From Chrysomallon squamiferum (lineage: Eukaryota > Animalia > Mollusca): 64,000 nucleotides of DNA. Each line of letters starts with the position of its first letter. Positions within the stretch are counted from its first letter, which is position 1. The notes beneath the pieces are model-generated. The model saw only the letters and a program-made list of their open reading frames with translations. It did no database searches and had not been told where the DNA came from. A program made the position numbers and the translations under genes. The stretch covers positions 11,966,001 to 12,030,000 of the forward strand of contig CM022676.1 of assembly GCA_012295275.1 (NCBI GenBank), in the 5' to 3' direction. Positions 31,224 through 47,159 of this stretch are shown here, in pieces.

Positions 31224-32402
31224 CTACGTTAGACTCGTTAGGAAAATGTCGTTACTCCTTACGCCTGTGTGAATTGCACACCGCCAGCTAGTCTCGGCAA
31301 TTTCCTCGCGCTTGATAACCAGGTGGTACAGTCGTATGAACGGTTCACTCACATGTGTGCCATTCCCGCACCTCATTTCTAACCCTGGTTTCTCGTCCAG
31401 TGCAAAACACTCACCATCTCCCTGCAGAAAACTGATGTAGAGTCCGTGGTATTCATCAGAGGCTTTGTGTTTTTTGTAGAAGCTGATGAGAGGAGAGAAC
31501 ATCTGTTCTCTCCACATGCGACACGTCAGAAGCACAGTCGAGTTTGGCACGAGGACGCTGTCTGAGGCAGTCAGTTCCAATCGCAGCCCATTCACTGAAA
31601 TATCTGAATATTACACACTGCGTTTAATTCCCTTTGCTGTAAATGCTTTAAATGGTGATCTCGAAAAACATGAACTAGTCTACACTATATCTGAAATGAT
31701 TAACAGTAAAAAGATGGAAGATAATAAATCTGATACATTTAAACTCACATTTTTTCAACAGGGTAAGACGAAGCACTTTGCTCTCCTGATCAGATGCTGT
31801 ACACTTCCACAGCGTGGTGGGAGGTAAGAATTCGAGAGTTCCAATCCTGGGCATGGTGTAGTGGTAGACTCTCCATCTTGCGTCACTCGCGTCTGTTCCC
31901 GCCCCGCAGCTGAGAGAAGCACCTTGCGGCCACATCCCAAGTATCGAGCAGTTTCCCCCCCGCGCCTGGTGCAGCGAACCACTTCTCCAGTAGTTACCAA
32001 TCGTATCTTTACCGCCGAATGAAACTGTATACGACTCGTCAGGAGCAGATACCGCACACGTGAACGTAAACTCTCTCTCTGATATGACTACGTTGCGACT
32101 GTAAGTAAGCACTACCTGTTCAACACCTGTAGACACGAAATATTTTTGAAATAATTAGTCAGAATCTTACGTACGCTGCTGAAATAAGCTGACAACAATT
32201 GATAGCGTGTACTGAAAATGTTTCGTGTCAACTCAGCCTGTATACTCAGAATGTTTGATATGAGCCCAAAGTGTAAACTGAAAATATTTCAAGTGAACTC
32301 AGATTATTTTCTTCCTTATTGTTTGTGTTGTTGTTGTTGTTGTAGTTGTTGCGGTGAGTGGTTCTTATTGTCATTTTACTTTTCTACTTCTGTTTCTGCT
32401 TC

Positions 32403-32434
<32 letters not shown>

Positions 32435-32517
32435 CTTCTTCTTCTTCTTCTTCTTCTTCTTCTTCTTCTTCTTCTTCTTCTTCTTCTTCTACTACTACTT
32501 CTTCATCTTCAACTACT

Positions 32518-32549
<32 letters not shown>

Positions 32550-32578
32550 TTCTTCTTCTTCTTCTTCTTCTTCTTCTT

Positions 32579-32609
<31 letters not shown>

Positions 32610-32989
32610 TTGTTATTATTATTAACAGTAGTAGTAGCACAAGCAACAGGAATGTTATTATTATTTTCATTATTATTACCGTAGAATACTATGAGTTGTA
32701 GTAATAGTAGTAGTAGTAGTAGTACAAGTGGTAGTAGTAGTGGTACTAGTAGTAATGGTACTAGTAGTAGCAATAGTACTGGTGGTAGTAGTAGTAGTAG
32801 TTATTGTTTTGTGTCTTTGTTGTTGTAGTGGATTTTTTGTAGTCATTATAATTGTCATTGTATTTTAGTGTTGTTGTTATCATTATCAAAGCTGTTATTG
32901 TTGCCGTTGTTGTTGTGATAACAAATAATGAACTCACATATCACGTGATTCACTGATATAACCAATGAGAGTAGAACCACAGAAAACAT
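31224..32989 (-). CDS. Secreted two-Ig-like-domain protein, gene C2
   Basis: Exons 32989-32938, 32126-31749 and 31594-31224. Phase-1 GT-AG junctions and an open frame. Confidence 0.85.
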
Positions 32990-34273
32990 CTGTTAAATTA
33001 AATTTCACATTAGACAGTAATTATACACTGAGTAGACAGGAGTGTAGACAGTAATTATACACTGAGTAGACAGGAGTGTAGACAGTAATTATACACCGAG
33101 TAGACAGGAGTGTAGACAGTAATTATACACTGAGTAGACAGGAGTGTAGACAGTAATTGTACACTGAGTTAGACCGATGACACTGAGTATCACAGTGAGT
33201 AGAGAATTATTATCTAGTGAGTAGAGTGATATTACCTAGTGAGTAGAGTGTTATTATGTAGCGATTACAGAAGTATCACTGTTGTCGTGAGTAGATTACT
33301 ATTTCATAGTAAGAAAATATCTGTTGCTCTATGAGTCGAATTTTATTACGTTCGTCAGTCGTAGTTTCGGCCACAACCCGTTACCATGGACACTCTTTGT
33401 GACGTAGATCGAGGTCAAAGTTAACTTCTCATCTTCTAAAGTTCTCCTCGACTTCTCGATGATGAATAATGAAACACAGACAGAAACATGGAGAGACAGA
33501 CAGACAGACAGACAGACAGAAACATGGAGAGACAGACAGACAGACAGACAGAAACATGGAGGGACAGACAGACAGACAGACAGACAGAAACAGAAACATG
33601 GAGGGACAGACAGACAATCAGACAGACAGACAGACAGACAGACACAGAGATATAGAGAAAAGGTAATGAACTATCGTACCTTTTTGCTCGAGCAGGTATT
33701 GCAATGGTTGTTTACACAAAACAAATGGGTTTTATTTATTGACGTTAAACCATCGATCAAAAATGTTTATCTGAAGATTACGTAACAAATTAAATACACA
33801 CACACATTAATTTATTTATTTATTTGTTTTTCTGTTTGTTTGTTTGTTTGTTTATACATGTATATACGTATATATGTATTTATGTGTTTATTTCAGTGTA
33901 TTTGTGTTTGTATACGTATGTTTGAGGCTTCATATATATATATATATATATAATATCATGTTTTATTTTTATTTACTACTGTATGTAATATGTGAGTATG
34001 TGTAATATCATATTTTATTTAACACAGTATGTAATATGTGAGTATGGATAATATCACGTTTTATTTAACACAGTATGTAATATCATGTTTTTTTAATACG
34101 GTATGTAATATGTGAGTATGTGTAATATCATGTTTTTTTTATACAGTATGTAATATGTCAGTATGTGTAATATCATGTTTTATTTAACACAGTATGTAAT
34201 ATGTCAATATGTGTAATATCATGTTTTATTTAACACAGTATGTAATATGTGAGTATGTGTAACACGTCGTTGT

Positions 34274-34641
34274 CTACTCTGTCTCGGTGACGTGTACAGT
34301 GTTACTCATTTCTCCACCGTAAACTTCACATCTCCAGTCACTTTCTCCGTTTCCTTCAGACGTGACACGCAGGTGGTACAACCTGAAAGCGTTCATGGTG
34401 CTCTTTGTCCCCATCCCACAATGCAGTTTTGAGCTTCCTGTCAGTCTGGTAATCGGAAAGCAGTTAGTCGCGTCCTGGAGAAATGAGGCGTAGGAGAGAA
34501 ACTTTGCAGAGCTTTGCACTTTTCTGTAGAAAGTGAGGACAGTTGACACAGTTCTGTAGGTCGCGGAGGCACACGTCAGTTCGTACTGCTCATTTCTCCT
34601 GATCTTTGCGGCCGAGGTATACATGATTGTTTCTCTAGGCT
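34274..34641 (-). pseudogene. Leaderless single-Ig exon D2
   Basis: Near-identical to D1 and D3 with an intact frame and acceptor. The upstream intron is truncated at the (CT)n junction near 34746. Confidence 0.7.
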
Positions 34642-34743
34642 CTGAAAAGTAGATTGTTAAAGTACTGGGCATTAGAAAAAAATCGTTTTATTTTAAGTCT
34701 AAAATTAATTAAAAGAAATAATTGTCCATTGGCAGAAGTAAGC

Positions 34744-34877
<134 letters not shown>

Positions 34878-35161
34878 CCTCCCTCTCTCTATATGGTCCA
34901 TTTATATCTCTGTATTTATATCTCTGTACATCATATATCAAATTTTTAAATGAATTTTGCATTTAAAAGAAAAAAGTAGAAATGAATATATTTAATACTT
35001 CCAGCATAATGAGATTTTTTTATTATTATTTTAATATTTTTATATTTTTTTCTCATAATATTTTTCGTCATTTTATTTCTTGACTGAAACATTCATTTAA
35101 ATAAAACTAGTAGAATTTCCTTGCTCGTTGCAAATTGTGAAGTCGATCTAAAACGTAAGAC

Positions 35162-35247
<86 letters not shown>

Positions 35248-36058
35248 TGTTGTTATTGTTTAAATGTACTACTCTTGCGATGAACAGTATCATGCTTTAG
35301 TCGACAATCCTAATTTTAAAATTTACAAATTTCGGAACAACAGAACAATGTTTTATTCATTATACAAAATTATTTCAGAAGCAACAAAAAATGTAATGCT
35401 TACGAAAAAAAGTAGTAATGCATATTTTTGAATACTTTTAGCATTATGAGATTTTTCTGTTTTCACGATTAATTTTACTATTACATTTCCTATTATTTTT
35501 GTTCTGATATTTTTTGTTATTTTAGAATATGACTGACACATTCATTTAACGTATTCATCTACAAACTCACTCGTTTTAGACACAACTGCTACCATTGCTT
35601 CGCTCAGTGGAAGCTATTAAGTCGATCAAAAACGTGGGATTTCTTAATTTTCTTTTTCTCATTGCTTTTCTTCATCATCTACAATTTATTTGTTCAGTGT
35701 CTACTTCTACTGGATCATCTACAGTTTATTTGTTCAGTGTCTTCTTCTACTGGATCGTCTACAGTTTATTTGTTCAGTGTCTACTTCTACTGGATCGTCT
35801 ACAGTTTATTTGTTCAGTGTCTACTTCTACTGGAACGTCTGCCGTTTATTTGTTCAGTGTCTACTTCTACTGGATCGTCTACAGTTTATTTGTTCAGTGT
35901 CTACTTCTACTGGATCGTCTACAGTTTATTTGTTCAGTGTCTACTTCTACTGGATCGTCTACAGTTTATTTGTTCAGTGTCTACTTCTACTGGATCGTCT
36001 ACAGTTTATTTGTTCAGTGTCTACTTCAACTGGATCTTCTGCAGGTTTTTCCTCACAG

Positions 36059-37149
36059 ATGCAGTTGCTTCTTTTCCTCTCTCTGTTGACAGCAGCTCAG
36101 AATGTTCTAGGTAAGACAAATCACATAAAACAAAGTGAAACATCGCAATGAGAGAAAGGTTTAATATTGTTCCAGTTCAGTATACGACACTGTATATTTA
36201 TACATTTTAGCTTAGAATCCTTGTAAAGTTTAATGCACTGTTTTGTTTTAAATAACTTTGTATAAAGTTTAATGCACTGTTTTGTTTTAAATAACTTTGT
36301 GTAAAGTTTAATGCACTGTTTTGTTTTAAGTAACTTTTTATACAGTTTAATGCACTGTTTTGTTTTAAATAACTTTTTATACGGTTTAATGCACTGTTTT
36401 GGTTTAAATAACTTTTTTTACAGTTTAATGCACTGTTTTGTTTTAAATAACTTTGTTTAAAGTTTAATGCACTGTTTTGTTTGAAGTAACTTTGTATAAA
36501 GTTTAATGCACTGTTTTGTTTGAAATAACTGTATAAAGTTTAATGCACTGTTTTGTTTGAAGTAACTTTGTGTAAAGTTTAATGCACTGTTTTGTTAGAA
36601 ATATATTTGTATAAAGTTTAGCATACTGTTCTATTACTCTGAAAAAAATGAACTGTAAAACATTCTCATGTTCTGAAATTATCCTGTGTAACATTTTACA
36701 TTTAGTGTAGATGTTTACATTTAGTGTAGATGTTTCTTTCAGGACATGATGAGATTGTTTTGACTTCTACACTTGAATACTCCAAGGTGCGCGGGAGGGC
36801 GGAACTGAGGTGCAAGATGCTGGCTTACAAGACGATCAACGAGCAGATCGCGTTCTACAGGAGAGAAGCTGACTCAGACACGTTCAGCTCTTTCTACGTC
36901 ATCGAGCAGAACATATCCGGCTGCGAGGCTCCGCCAGTTTCTCCTCTAGCTACGTACGTTCTGTCGTGTGGGCCTGGCACGGAAGACGATTATGCAAAAT
37001 GGAGAATCTACTTCCTGGTAATAAACTTTACAGCAGAACAAATTAAACACGGAGTCGATGATTACTGGACGTGTGGAAAGTCTTCTACACGAGAGATGAG
37101 TAACAGTGTGCATGTAAAGGTGACACGTGAACAAGACGTGTTGTACTGA
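36059..37149 (+). CDS. Secreted single-Ig-like-domain protein, gene B3
   Basis: Leader exon 36059-36110 and Ig exon 36743-37149. Intact. Confidence 0.85.
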
Positions 37150-37991
37150 CGTGTAAATCAGATCGCAAATAAAAATCTGACAAAACAAATTCGTTCGCGT
37201 AAAATGTTAGGGTGCTATCACCTTTCAAACAGTCTCAATGTGAAATGTAAAAAAAAAATCTTTTCCCTTTTTATGTTTCCATTATTAATTAGTACATTCA
37301 CTGTTAATAATGTATCAGTATGTCAACAGCGTTAACCAGATTTTTACAAAAAACATTTAAATGTAGATACTGGATAAATCACTTTATTAGACTCTGGATG
37401 TTACAGATAATATACAATAAATTAACAACAATTTAAAAACAGTGACAGTTAGTTATCAATGACTATCTGAAATAGAAATACTGAAGATCTGAAAACAAAT
37501 GTAATATTCTAGTACAATGACAAAACTGTATTTTGCAGTACAAACACTGTTTTATGATGTAGTACAATTAATTGGGCGGTGATCTGAACTGGTCTATTAT
37601 TATTGTTATGTTACTAGGAAATGCTGTCACCTATCTGTGTAATGTCGCTGTGTAGCCAACCCATACTCTTATACTTAGACGATTCTGTTCACTCGGGATA
37701 TGTACCAGCATCACCAACAGCAGTACTAATAGAAGTAGTAGAAGTTGTAGTAGCAGTCGCACAATCATAAATAATGGTAGTAGTAGTGGTGAAAGAAAAA
37801 GACAGGGAAATAGTAAGTCTGTCATATAGATAGATAGATAAATAGATAGATGGACGCACACACACAGATAAATAGATAGATAGATAGATAGATAGACACA
37901 CAGATAAATATATAGATTGTATATTGCAACGACTGGTTTTGTGTTTATTTAAGAGTGAGTATTGTACGTGTAACATGAGTCACTGCGTTGT

Positions 37992-39164
37992 CTACGTTAG
38001 ACTCGTTAGGAAAATGTCGTTACTCCTTACGCCTGTGTGAATTGCACACCGCCAGCTAGTCTCGGCAATTTCCTCGCGCTTGATAACCAGGTGGTACAGT
38101 CGTATGAACGGTTCACTTTCATGTGTGCCATTCCCGCACCTCATTTCTAACCCTGGTTTCTTGTCCAGTGCAAAACACTCACCATCTCCCTGCAGAAAAC
38201 TGACGTAAAGTTCGTGGTATTCATCAGAGGCTTTGTGTTTTTTGTAGAAGCTGATGAGAGGAGAGAACATCTGTTCTCTCCACACGCGACACGTCAGAAG
38301 CACAGTCGAGTTTGGCACGAGGACGCTGTCTGAAGCAACCAGTTCCAATCGCAGCCCATTCACTGAAATATCTGAATATCACACACTGCGTTTAATTCCC
38401 TTTGCTGTAAATGCTTTAAATGGTGATCTCGAAAAACATGAACTAGTCTACACTATATCTGAAATGATTAACAGTAAAAAGATGGAAGATAATAAATCTG
38501 ATACATTTAAACTCACATTTTTTCAACAGGGTAAGACGAAGCACTTTGCTCTCCTGATCAGATGCTGTACACTTCCACTGCATGGTGGGAGGTAAGAACT
38601 CGAGAGTTCCAATCCTGGGCATGGTGTAGTGGTAGACTCTCCATCTTGCGTCACTCGCGTTTGTTCCCGTTCCGCAGCTGAGAAAAGCAGCTTGCGGCCA
38701 CTTCCGAAGTATCGAACACTTTCCCCCCCGCGCCTGGTGCAGCAGACCACTTGTCCAGTAGTTACCAATCGTATCTTTACCGCCAAATGAAACTGTATAC
38801 GACTCGTGAGGAGCAGACACCGCACATGTAAACTTAAACGGTCTCTGTGGTATGACTACGTTGCCACTGTAAGTAAGCACTACCTGTTCAACACCTGTAG
38901 ACACGAAATATTTTTGAAATAATTAGTCAGAATCTTACGTACGCTGCTGAAATAAGCTGACAACAATTGATAGCGTGTACTGAAAATGTTTCGTGTCAAC
39001 TCAGCCTGTATACTCAGAATGTTTGATATGAGCCCAAAGTGTAAACTGAAAATATTTCAAGTGAACTCAGATTATTTTCTTCCTTATTGTTTGTGTTGTT
39101 GTTGTTGTTGTAGTTGTTGCAGTGAGTGGTTCTTATTGTCATTTTACTTTTCTACTTCTACTTC

Positions 39165-39259
<95 letters not shown>

Positions 39260-39427
39260 AGTAGTAGTAGGACAAGCAACAGGAATGTTATTATTATTTT
39301 CATTATTATTATCGTATAATACTATGAGTTGTAGTAATAGTAGTAGTAGTAGTAGTAGTACGAGTGGTAGTGATAGTAGTAGTACTGGTTGTAGTAGTAG
39401 TAATGGTACTAGTAGTAGCAGTAGTAC

Positions 39428-39459
<32 letters not shown>

Positions 39460-39639
39460 GTTATTGTTTTTGTCTTTGTTGTTGTAGTGGATTTTTTGCA
39501 GGCATTATAATTGTCATTGTATTTTAGTGTTGTTGTTGTTATCATTGTCAAAACTGTTATTGCTGTGAGTATAAATAATGAACTCACATATGACGTGATT
39601 CACTGATATAACCAATGAGATTAGAACCACAGAAAACAT
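37992..39639 (-). CDS. Secreted two-Ig-like-domain protein, gene C3
   Basis: Exons 39639-39588, 38894-38517 and 38362-37992. Intact, with several replacement changes in domain 1 relative to C1 and C2. Confidence 0.85.
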
Positions 39640-40149
39640 CTGTTAAATTAAATTTCACATTAGACAGTAATTATACATCGAGTAGACACGAGTGTAGAAA
39701 GTAATTATGCACCGAGTAGTCAGGAATTTTCACATTAATTAGACACTAATTAGACAGGAATGGAGATACTAATTGTACACTGAGTAGACCGATGACACTG
39801 AGTATCAAAGTAAGTAGAGAATTGATAACTTGCGAGTCGAGCATGATTACCTAGTGAGTAGAGTGATATTACCTAGTGAGTATACCATGAATATCTAGTG
39901 AGTAGAGTGTTATTATGTAGCGATTACAGAAGTATCACTGTTGTCGTGAGTAGATTATTATTTCATAGTAAGAAAATATCTGTTGCTCTGTTAGTCGAGT
40001 TTTGTTACGTTCGTCAGTCGTAGTTTCGGCCACAACCCGTTACCATGGACACTCTTTGTGACGTAGATCGAGGTCAAAGTTAACTTCTCATCTTCTAAAG
40101 TTCTCCTCGACTTCTCGATGATGAATAATGAAACACAGACAGAAACATG

Positions 40150-40181
<32 letters not shown>

Positions 40182-40919
40182 CAGAGATATAGAGAAAAGG
40201 TAATGAACTATCGTACCTTTTTGCTTGAGCAGGTATTGCAATGGTTGTTTACACAAAACAAACGGGTTTTATTTATTGACGTTAAACCATCGAACAAAAA
40301 TGTTTATCTGAAGATTACGTAACAAATTAAATACACACACATTAATTTATTTATTTATTTTTTTCTTTGTTTGTCTATACATGTATATATGTATTTATGT
40401 GTTTATCTATTTATTTATTTCAGTGTATTTGTGTTTGTATGTATGAAGCTATATATATATAGATAGATAGATAGATAGGATAGGTAGGTAGGTAGGTAGG
40501 TAGGTAGGTAGATAGGCAGACAGAGAGAGAAATACACAGATATGCACATACACAGGTAGATAAAGAGAGAAACAGGCAGAGAAACGGATAGACAGAGAAA
40601 ACGAAATGACAAGCTTCACTTTTATTTAAATTTGTGTATTCTACATGTTACGGATAGCGTATACTGAAAGTGTTTCAAATTAACAGAGAGTGTATACCAA
40701 ACATGGTTGATATTAATTCAGACTTTGTATTGCAGATGTGTAATATCAAACTAAATTTCAAATTCCATCTCACGGTAACGATTTCTTTGTTCTTGTTGCT
40801 GTTTTTGGTTTTGGTTTTTCTATGATTGTTATTATTGTTGCTGCTATTGATATATTTCCCTTTCTCTTCTTTTTTCTGTCTGTGTTTTTGTTGTTGTTGC
40901 TTTTGTTTTTTATTGCTTA

Positions 40920-40993
<74 letters not shown>

Positions 40994-41159
40994 CATCATC
41001 ATCATCATTATTATTGTGTTGCTGTTAATTTTATCATCAACATCAGTATCAGCATTAGCATCTTCATCATCGCAATTATTATTGTTCTTGTTCTTAATTT
41101 ATTGTTGTTCTTTAATATTAGTTGTGGTACAGGTTAAATCGTTTTATTTTTATTTGCCA

Positions 41160-41780
41160 CTGTATGTTATATGTCAGTATGTGTAATATGCTTTATTTAA
41201 TACAGTATGTAATATGTGAGTATATGTAATATCATATTTTATTTAACACAGTATGTAATATGTAAGTATGTGCAATATCATGTTTTAATTAACAGAGTAT
41301 GTAATATGTGAGTATGTGTAATATCATGTTTTATTTAACACAGTATGTAATATGTCAGTATGTGTAATATCATGTTTTATTTAACACAGTATGTAATATG
41401 TGAGTATGTGTAATATCATGTTTTATTTAACACAGTATGTAATATGTGAGTATGTGTAATATCATGTTTTATTTAACACAGTATGTAATATGTGAGTATG
41501 TGTAATATCATGTTTCATTTAACACAGTATGTAATATGTCAGTATGTGTAATACCATGTTTTATTTAACACAGTATGTAATATGTCAGTATGTGTAATAT
41601 CATGTTTTATTTAACACAGTATGTAATATGTCAGTATGTGTAATATCATGTTTTATTTAACACAGTATGTAATAAGTCAATATGTGTAATATCATGTTTT
41701 ATTTAACACAGTATGTAATATGTCAGTATGTGTAATACCATGTTTTATTTAACACAGTATGTAATATGTGAGTATGTGTA
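41160..41780. repeat. 46-bp minisatellite 3' of the D genes
   Basis: Unit cagtatgtaatatgtgagtatgtgtaatatcatgttttatttaaca. Also at about 27130-27455 and 33955-34260. Confidence 0.9.
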
Positions 41781-41792
41781 ACACGTCGTTGT

Positions 41793-43113
<1,321 letters not shown>

Positions 43114-43361
43114 CTGTTAAAAAATAGATAGAGTCACATAGAGAGAGTCACATAGTGAGTACACTGCATCACATAACGAGTCGTAGTATTATATAGTGAG
43201 TAGATATTATTACTTACCGAGTAGATAATATAACATAGTGAGTAGATATTACTATATAGGGAGTAGACATGACTATATACTGAGTGGACAGTATTACTTA
43301 TTGAGCTTTCAGTTTCGTATACCAGGTGAGTAGTATTACAAGGTGAATAGGAAGTATCAGT

Positions 43362-44700
43362 TAGTGGACACACATTATAACATAGTGGACACACATTACT
43401 ACATTGTGGACACGCATTATAACTTAGTGCACACACATTACAACATAGTGGACACACATTACTACATAGTGGACACACATTATAACTTAGTGGACACACA
43501 TTACTACATAGTGGACACACATTACAACATAGTGGACACACATTACTACATAGTGGACACACATTATAACATAGTGGACACACATTACAACATAGTGGAC
43601 ACACATTACTACATAGTGGACACACATTATAACATAGTGGACACACATTACTACATAGTGGAAACACATTACTACATAGTGGAAACACATTACTACATAG
43701 TGGACACACATTACAACTTAGTGGACACACATTACTACATAGTGGAAACACATTATAACTTAGTGGACACACATTATAACTTAGTGGACACACATTACTA
43801 CATAGTGGACACACATTACTACATAGTGGAAACACATTACTGCATAGTGGACACACATTATAACATAGTGGACACACATTATAACAGTGGACACACATTA
43901 CAACATAGTGGACACACATTACTACATAGTGGACACACATTACAACATAGTGGACACACATTATAACATAGTGGACACACATTACTGCATAGTGGACACA
44001 CATTATAACATAGTGGACACACATTACTGCATAGTGGACACACATTATAACATAGTGGACACACATTATAACATAGTGGACACACATTACTACATAGTGG
44101 ACACACATTACTGCATAGTGGACACACATTATAACTTAGTGGACACACATTATAACATAGTGGACACACATTACAACATTGTGGACACACATTATAACTT
44201 AGTGGACACACATTATAACTTAGTGGACACACATTACTACATAGTGGACACACATTACTGCATAGTGGACACACATTATAACATTATAACATAGTGGACA
44301 CACATTATAACATGGACACACATGGACACACATTACTACATAGTGGACACACATTACAACATAGTGGACACACATTATAACATAGTGGACACACATTACT
44401 GCATAGTGGACACACATTATAACTTAGTGGACACACATTACTGCATAGTGGACACACATTATAACTTAGTGGACACACATTATAACATAGTGGACACACA
44501 TTACTGCATAGTGGACACACATTATAACTTAGTGGACACACATTATAACATAGTGGACACACATTATAACATAGTGGACACACATTATAACTTAGTGGAC
44601 ACACATTACTGCATAGTGGACACACATTATAACTTAGTGGACACACATTATAACATAGTGGACACACATTATAACACAGTGGACATACACTATAACATAG
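43362..44700. repeat. 21-bp minisatellite (about 60 copies)
   Basis: Unit catagtggacacacattataa with variants, lying upstream of the D3 leader exon. Confidence 0.95.
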
Positions 44701-45752
44701 TAAGCACACAATACTTTATGGTCATATATTGACAGTAGTAGCTCGTTAACCGTTTTATATTTATACATAGTCGAATTAACTAGAAAATATTGGTGTAAAA
44801 AAGCAGACACAGATTTGTTTACACTGAGTGTTGAAGAAAAGTGTTAGATACAGTAACAGACAGACAGAGGCACTGAAACGTCTCGGTTCTAGTAGACATT
44901 ATTTTACTTTTAAAAAGAAAAAAATCAGTGAAAATTTAAAAGATAATGAATAGGTTCTACCTTTAAATAAACACATTCACACTGAAACTGTCAGCTGGTT
45001 CCTCTTATATGTGTCCTCTCTCAGTGATGTATGCAGATATGTGGGTGTGTCTATATCTATATCTATATCAATATACATATATAGATATAAATATGTATAT
45101 GTACATTTACACGTAGATCCAGATGTGTATATATTTGTATACATAAATGCACACGTTATTGTAACGAATTTTGAGAATAAAAGCAAATATTAGTTAAAAA
45201 ATACTGCTGCTATTGCTGTTACTACTATTACTATTTCTGCTACGTCTTCTACTTCTACTACTACAACTACTACTACTACTGCTGCTGCTGCTACTACTAT
45301 TACTACTACTACTACTGCTACTACTACTACTACTACTACTGCTACTACTATCATTACAACTTCATTACTTCTACAATACTACTACTACTACTACTACTAC
45401 TACTACAGAAACAAAGTTTTCTACCTGAAACAGCAACAGCAACAACATCAACACTAAAACATTTTTCACAAACAACGTATAAAGCTTTAGACTGCCACAT
45501 TAACACTAGAAAGTCGAGTTCACAGCGATTTTTTATTTTTATTTTATTTGTTTAAGACTAAAGTTTACAGTCTCAGCGTTCAGGTGATGAATGCAGACTG
45601 CGGAAGAGCGAGATGGAGGTCAGGAACAAGTCAGCGGGTTGTATCAGTCTGATTCTGAAAAAAATGAATAAATTAACATAATTTATGTTGAGTGTATCGG
45701 TTTTACTAAGCGTGGAAACACAGACAATTTTAATAATAATAACAATAATAAC

Positions 45753-45786
<34 letters not shown>

Positions 45787-46072
45787 GTAAAAAATAATAA
45801 TAATAATAATAGTAAAAGTAATAATAATAATAATAACAGTAATAATAATAATAATAATAACAACAGTAATAAAGTCATAATAACAATAATAATAATAATA
45901 ATAATAACAATAACAATAACAACAACAACAATAAAATCGGCACATTTAATTCATTTACGATTTAGTTTATTATTGCTAGAATTACACTAACTACGGAAAC
46001 TCAGAGACTGTGTGACAGACTGTGTGTTTGAAAGACTGTATGTTTGAGAGACTCTGTGGACTGTGGACTCAC

Positions 46073-47159
46073 AGGATTTCTGTATTGTGAGCCGCACGGT
46101 GTTGCTCCTCTCCCTGACAGCCACGCACCACCATTCCGTCGCGTCCCTGTACCTCGCGTTCCTGCCCGGGTAGTAGATCGTCAGGTAGTACTCCCTCGTC
46201 CGGGCGTTGGCTCGCCGGGTGCCAGGCCCACAGCTGACGTAGTAGTCGCGGGGCGCCCTGTTGAAGACAATGCACTGGTCGCCCTTCTGCACGACGGACG
46301 CGAATATCGAGTGCGGCTGCTCTTCGATCTCCATGTAGAACCTGAGAAGGAATTCGGTGACGTTGATGTCTTCCACGGTGCACGTCAGCGTGAACGCCGT
46401 GTTCGGCTTGGCCACTTCAGACTGACTCGTTAACGAAATCGTCCAGCCTGAAAGAAAAAGGAAAAACACGAAGTGAATTCTCATCAATGTAGTAGTAGTA
46501 TGTCGTAATCTCTTAAAACAGGCCTCACCAATACCACATAATAGTAATCTGTGTAATGTAGTAGTAGTTGTTGTATGTCGTAATATCTTAACACAGGCCT
46601 CACCAATACCACAGAATAGTGATCTGTGTATTGTAGTAGTAGTTGTTGTATGTCGTAATCTCTTAACACAGGCCTCACCTATACGACAATCTGTATATTG
46701 TAGCAGGAGAAGAAGAGGTAGTAACAGACGTAGTCGTATTAGTAGTAGTGGTAGTTCTAATAGCTGTTGTAGTAGCGTAATAAGAGTAATAAAAGCAGTA
46801 ATTCAATGCAGTGTTTGTAAGTGTAGATGTGGTGTTTTAGAAACAGCTAAAACAATCATCAGAAACTGTGTCACTGGACGTATAGATCTCAAGTTTCACT
46901 CAGACCATTTATACATTTCATTTTTCACTCTAACCATTTATATACTTCATTTGTCACTGACATCTTTAATTTACTTCATTTATCAATTAGACCAATTATA
47001 TTCTTCACGTAAAACCCAGATGATACTGAAAACTGATTTCTTACTGAAATATTTATATGCTTCATTCGACAAATTGTTTTTGTAATGCTGAAAAAACTCA
47101 CCTGATACACCACACTGAGTTATAAAGATTGCAGTAAAAACCGCAATCCACAACTTCAT
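46073..47159 (-). CDS. Secreted single-Ig-like-domain protein, gene E
   Basis: Leader exon 47159-47102 (MKLWIAVFTAIFITQCGVS-G|gtgagt) and Ig exon 46447-46073 (WTISLTS..FTLTC..LRFY..VVQ..C..CGPGT..YYLTI..WWC..SN). The Ig exon ends at a gtgagt donor and the 3' end is uncertain (read-through stop at 45987). Confidence 0.8.

Noticed and set aside
43134-44732. VDTHYNI / NVCPLCY Cys- or His-rich ORFs
   Set aside because: A 21-bp minisatellite that is open on both strands with frame breaks and lies in the presumed first intron of D3.
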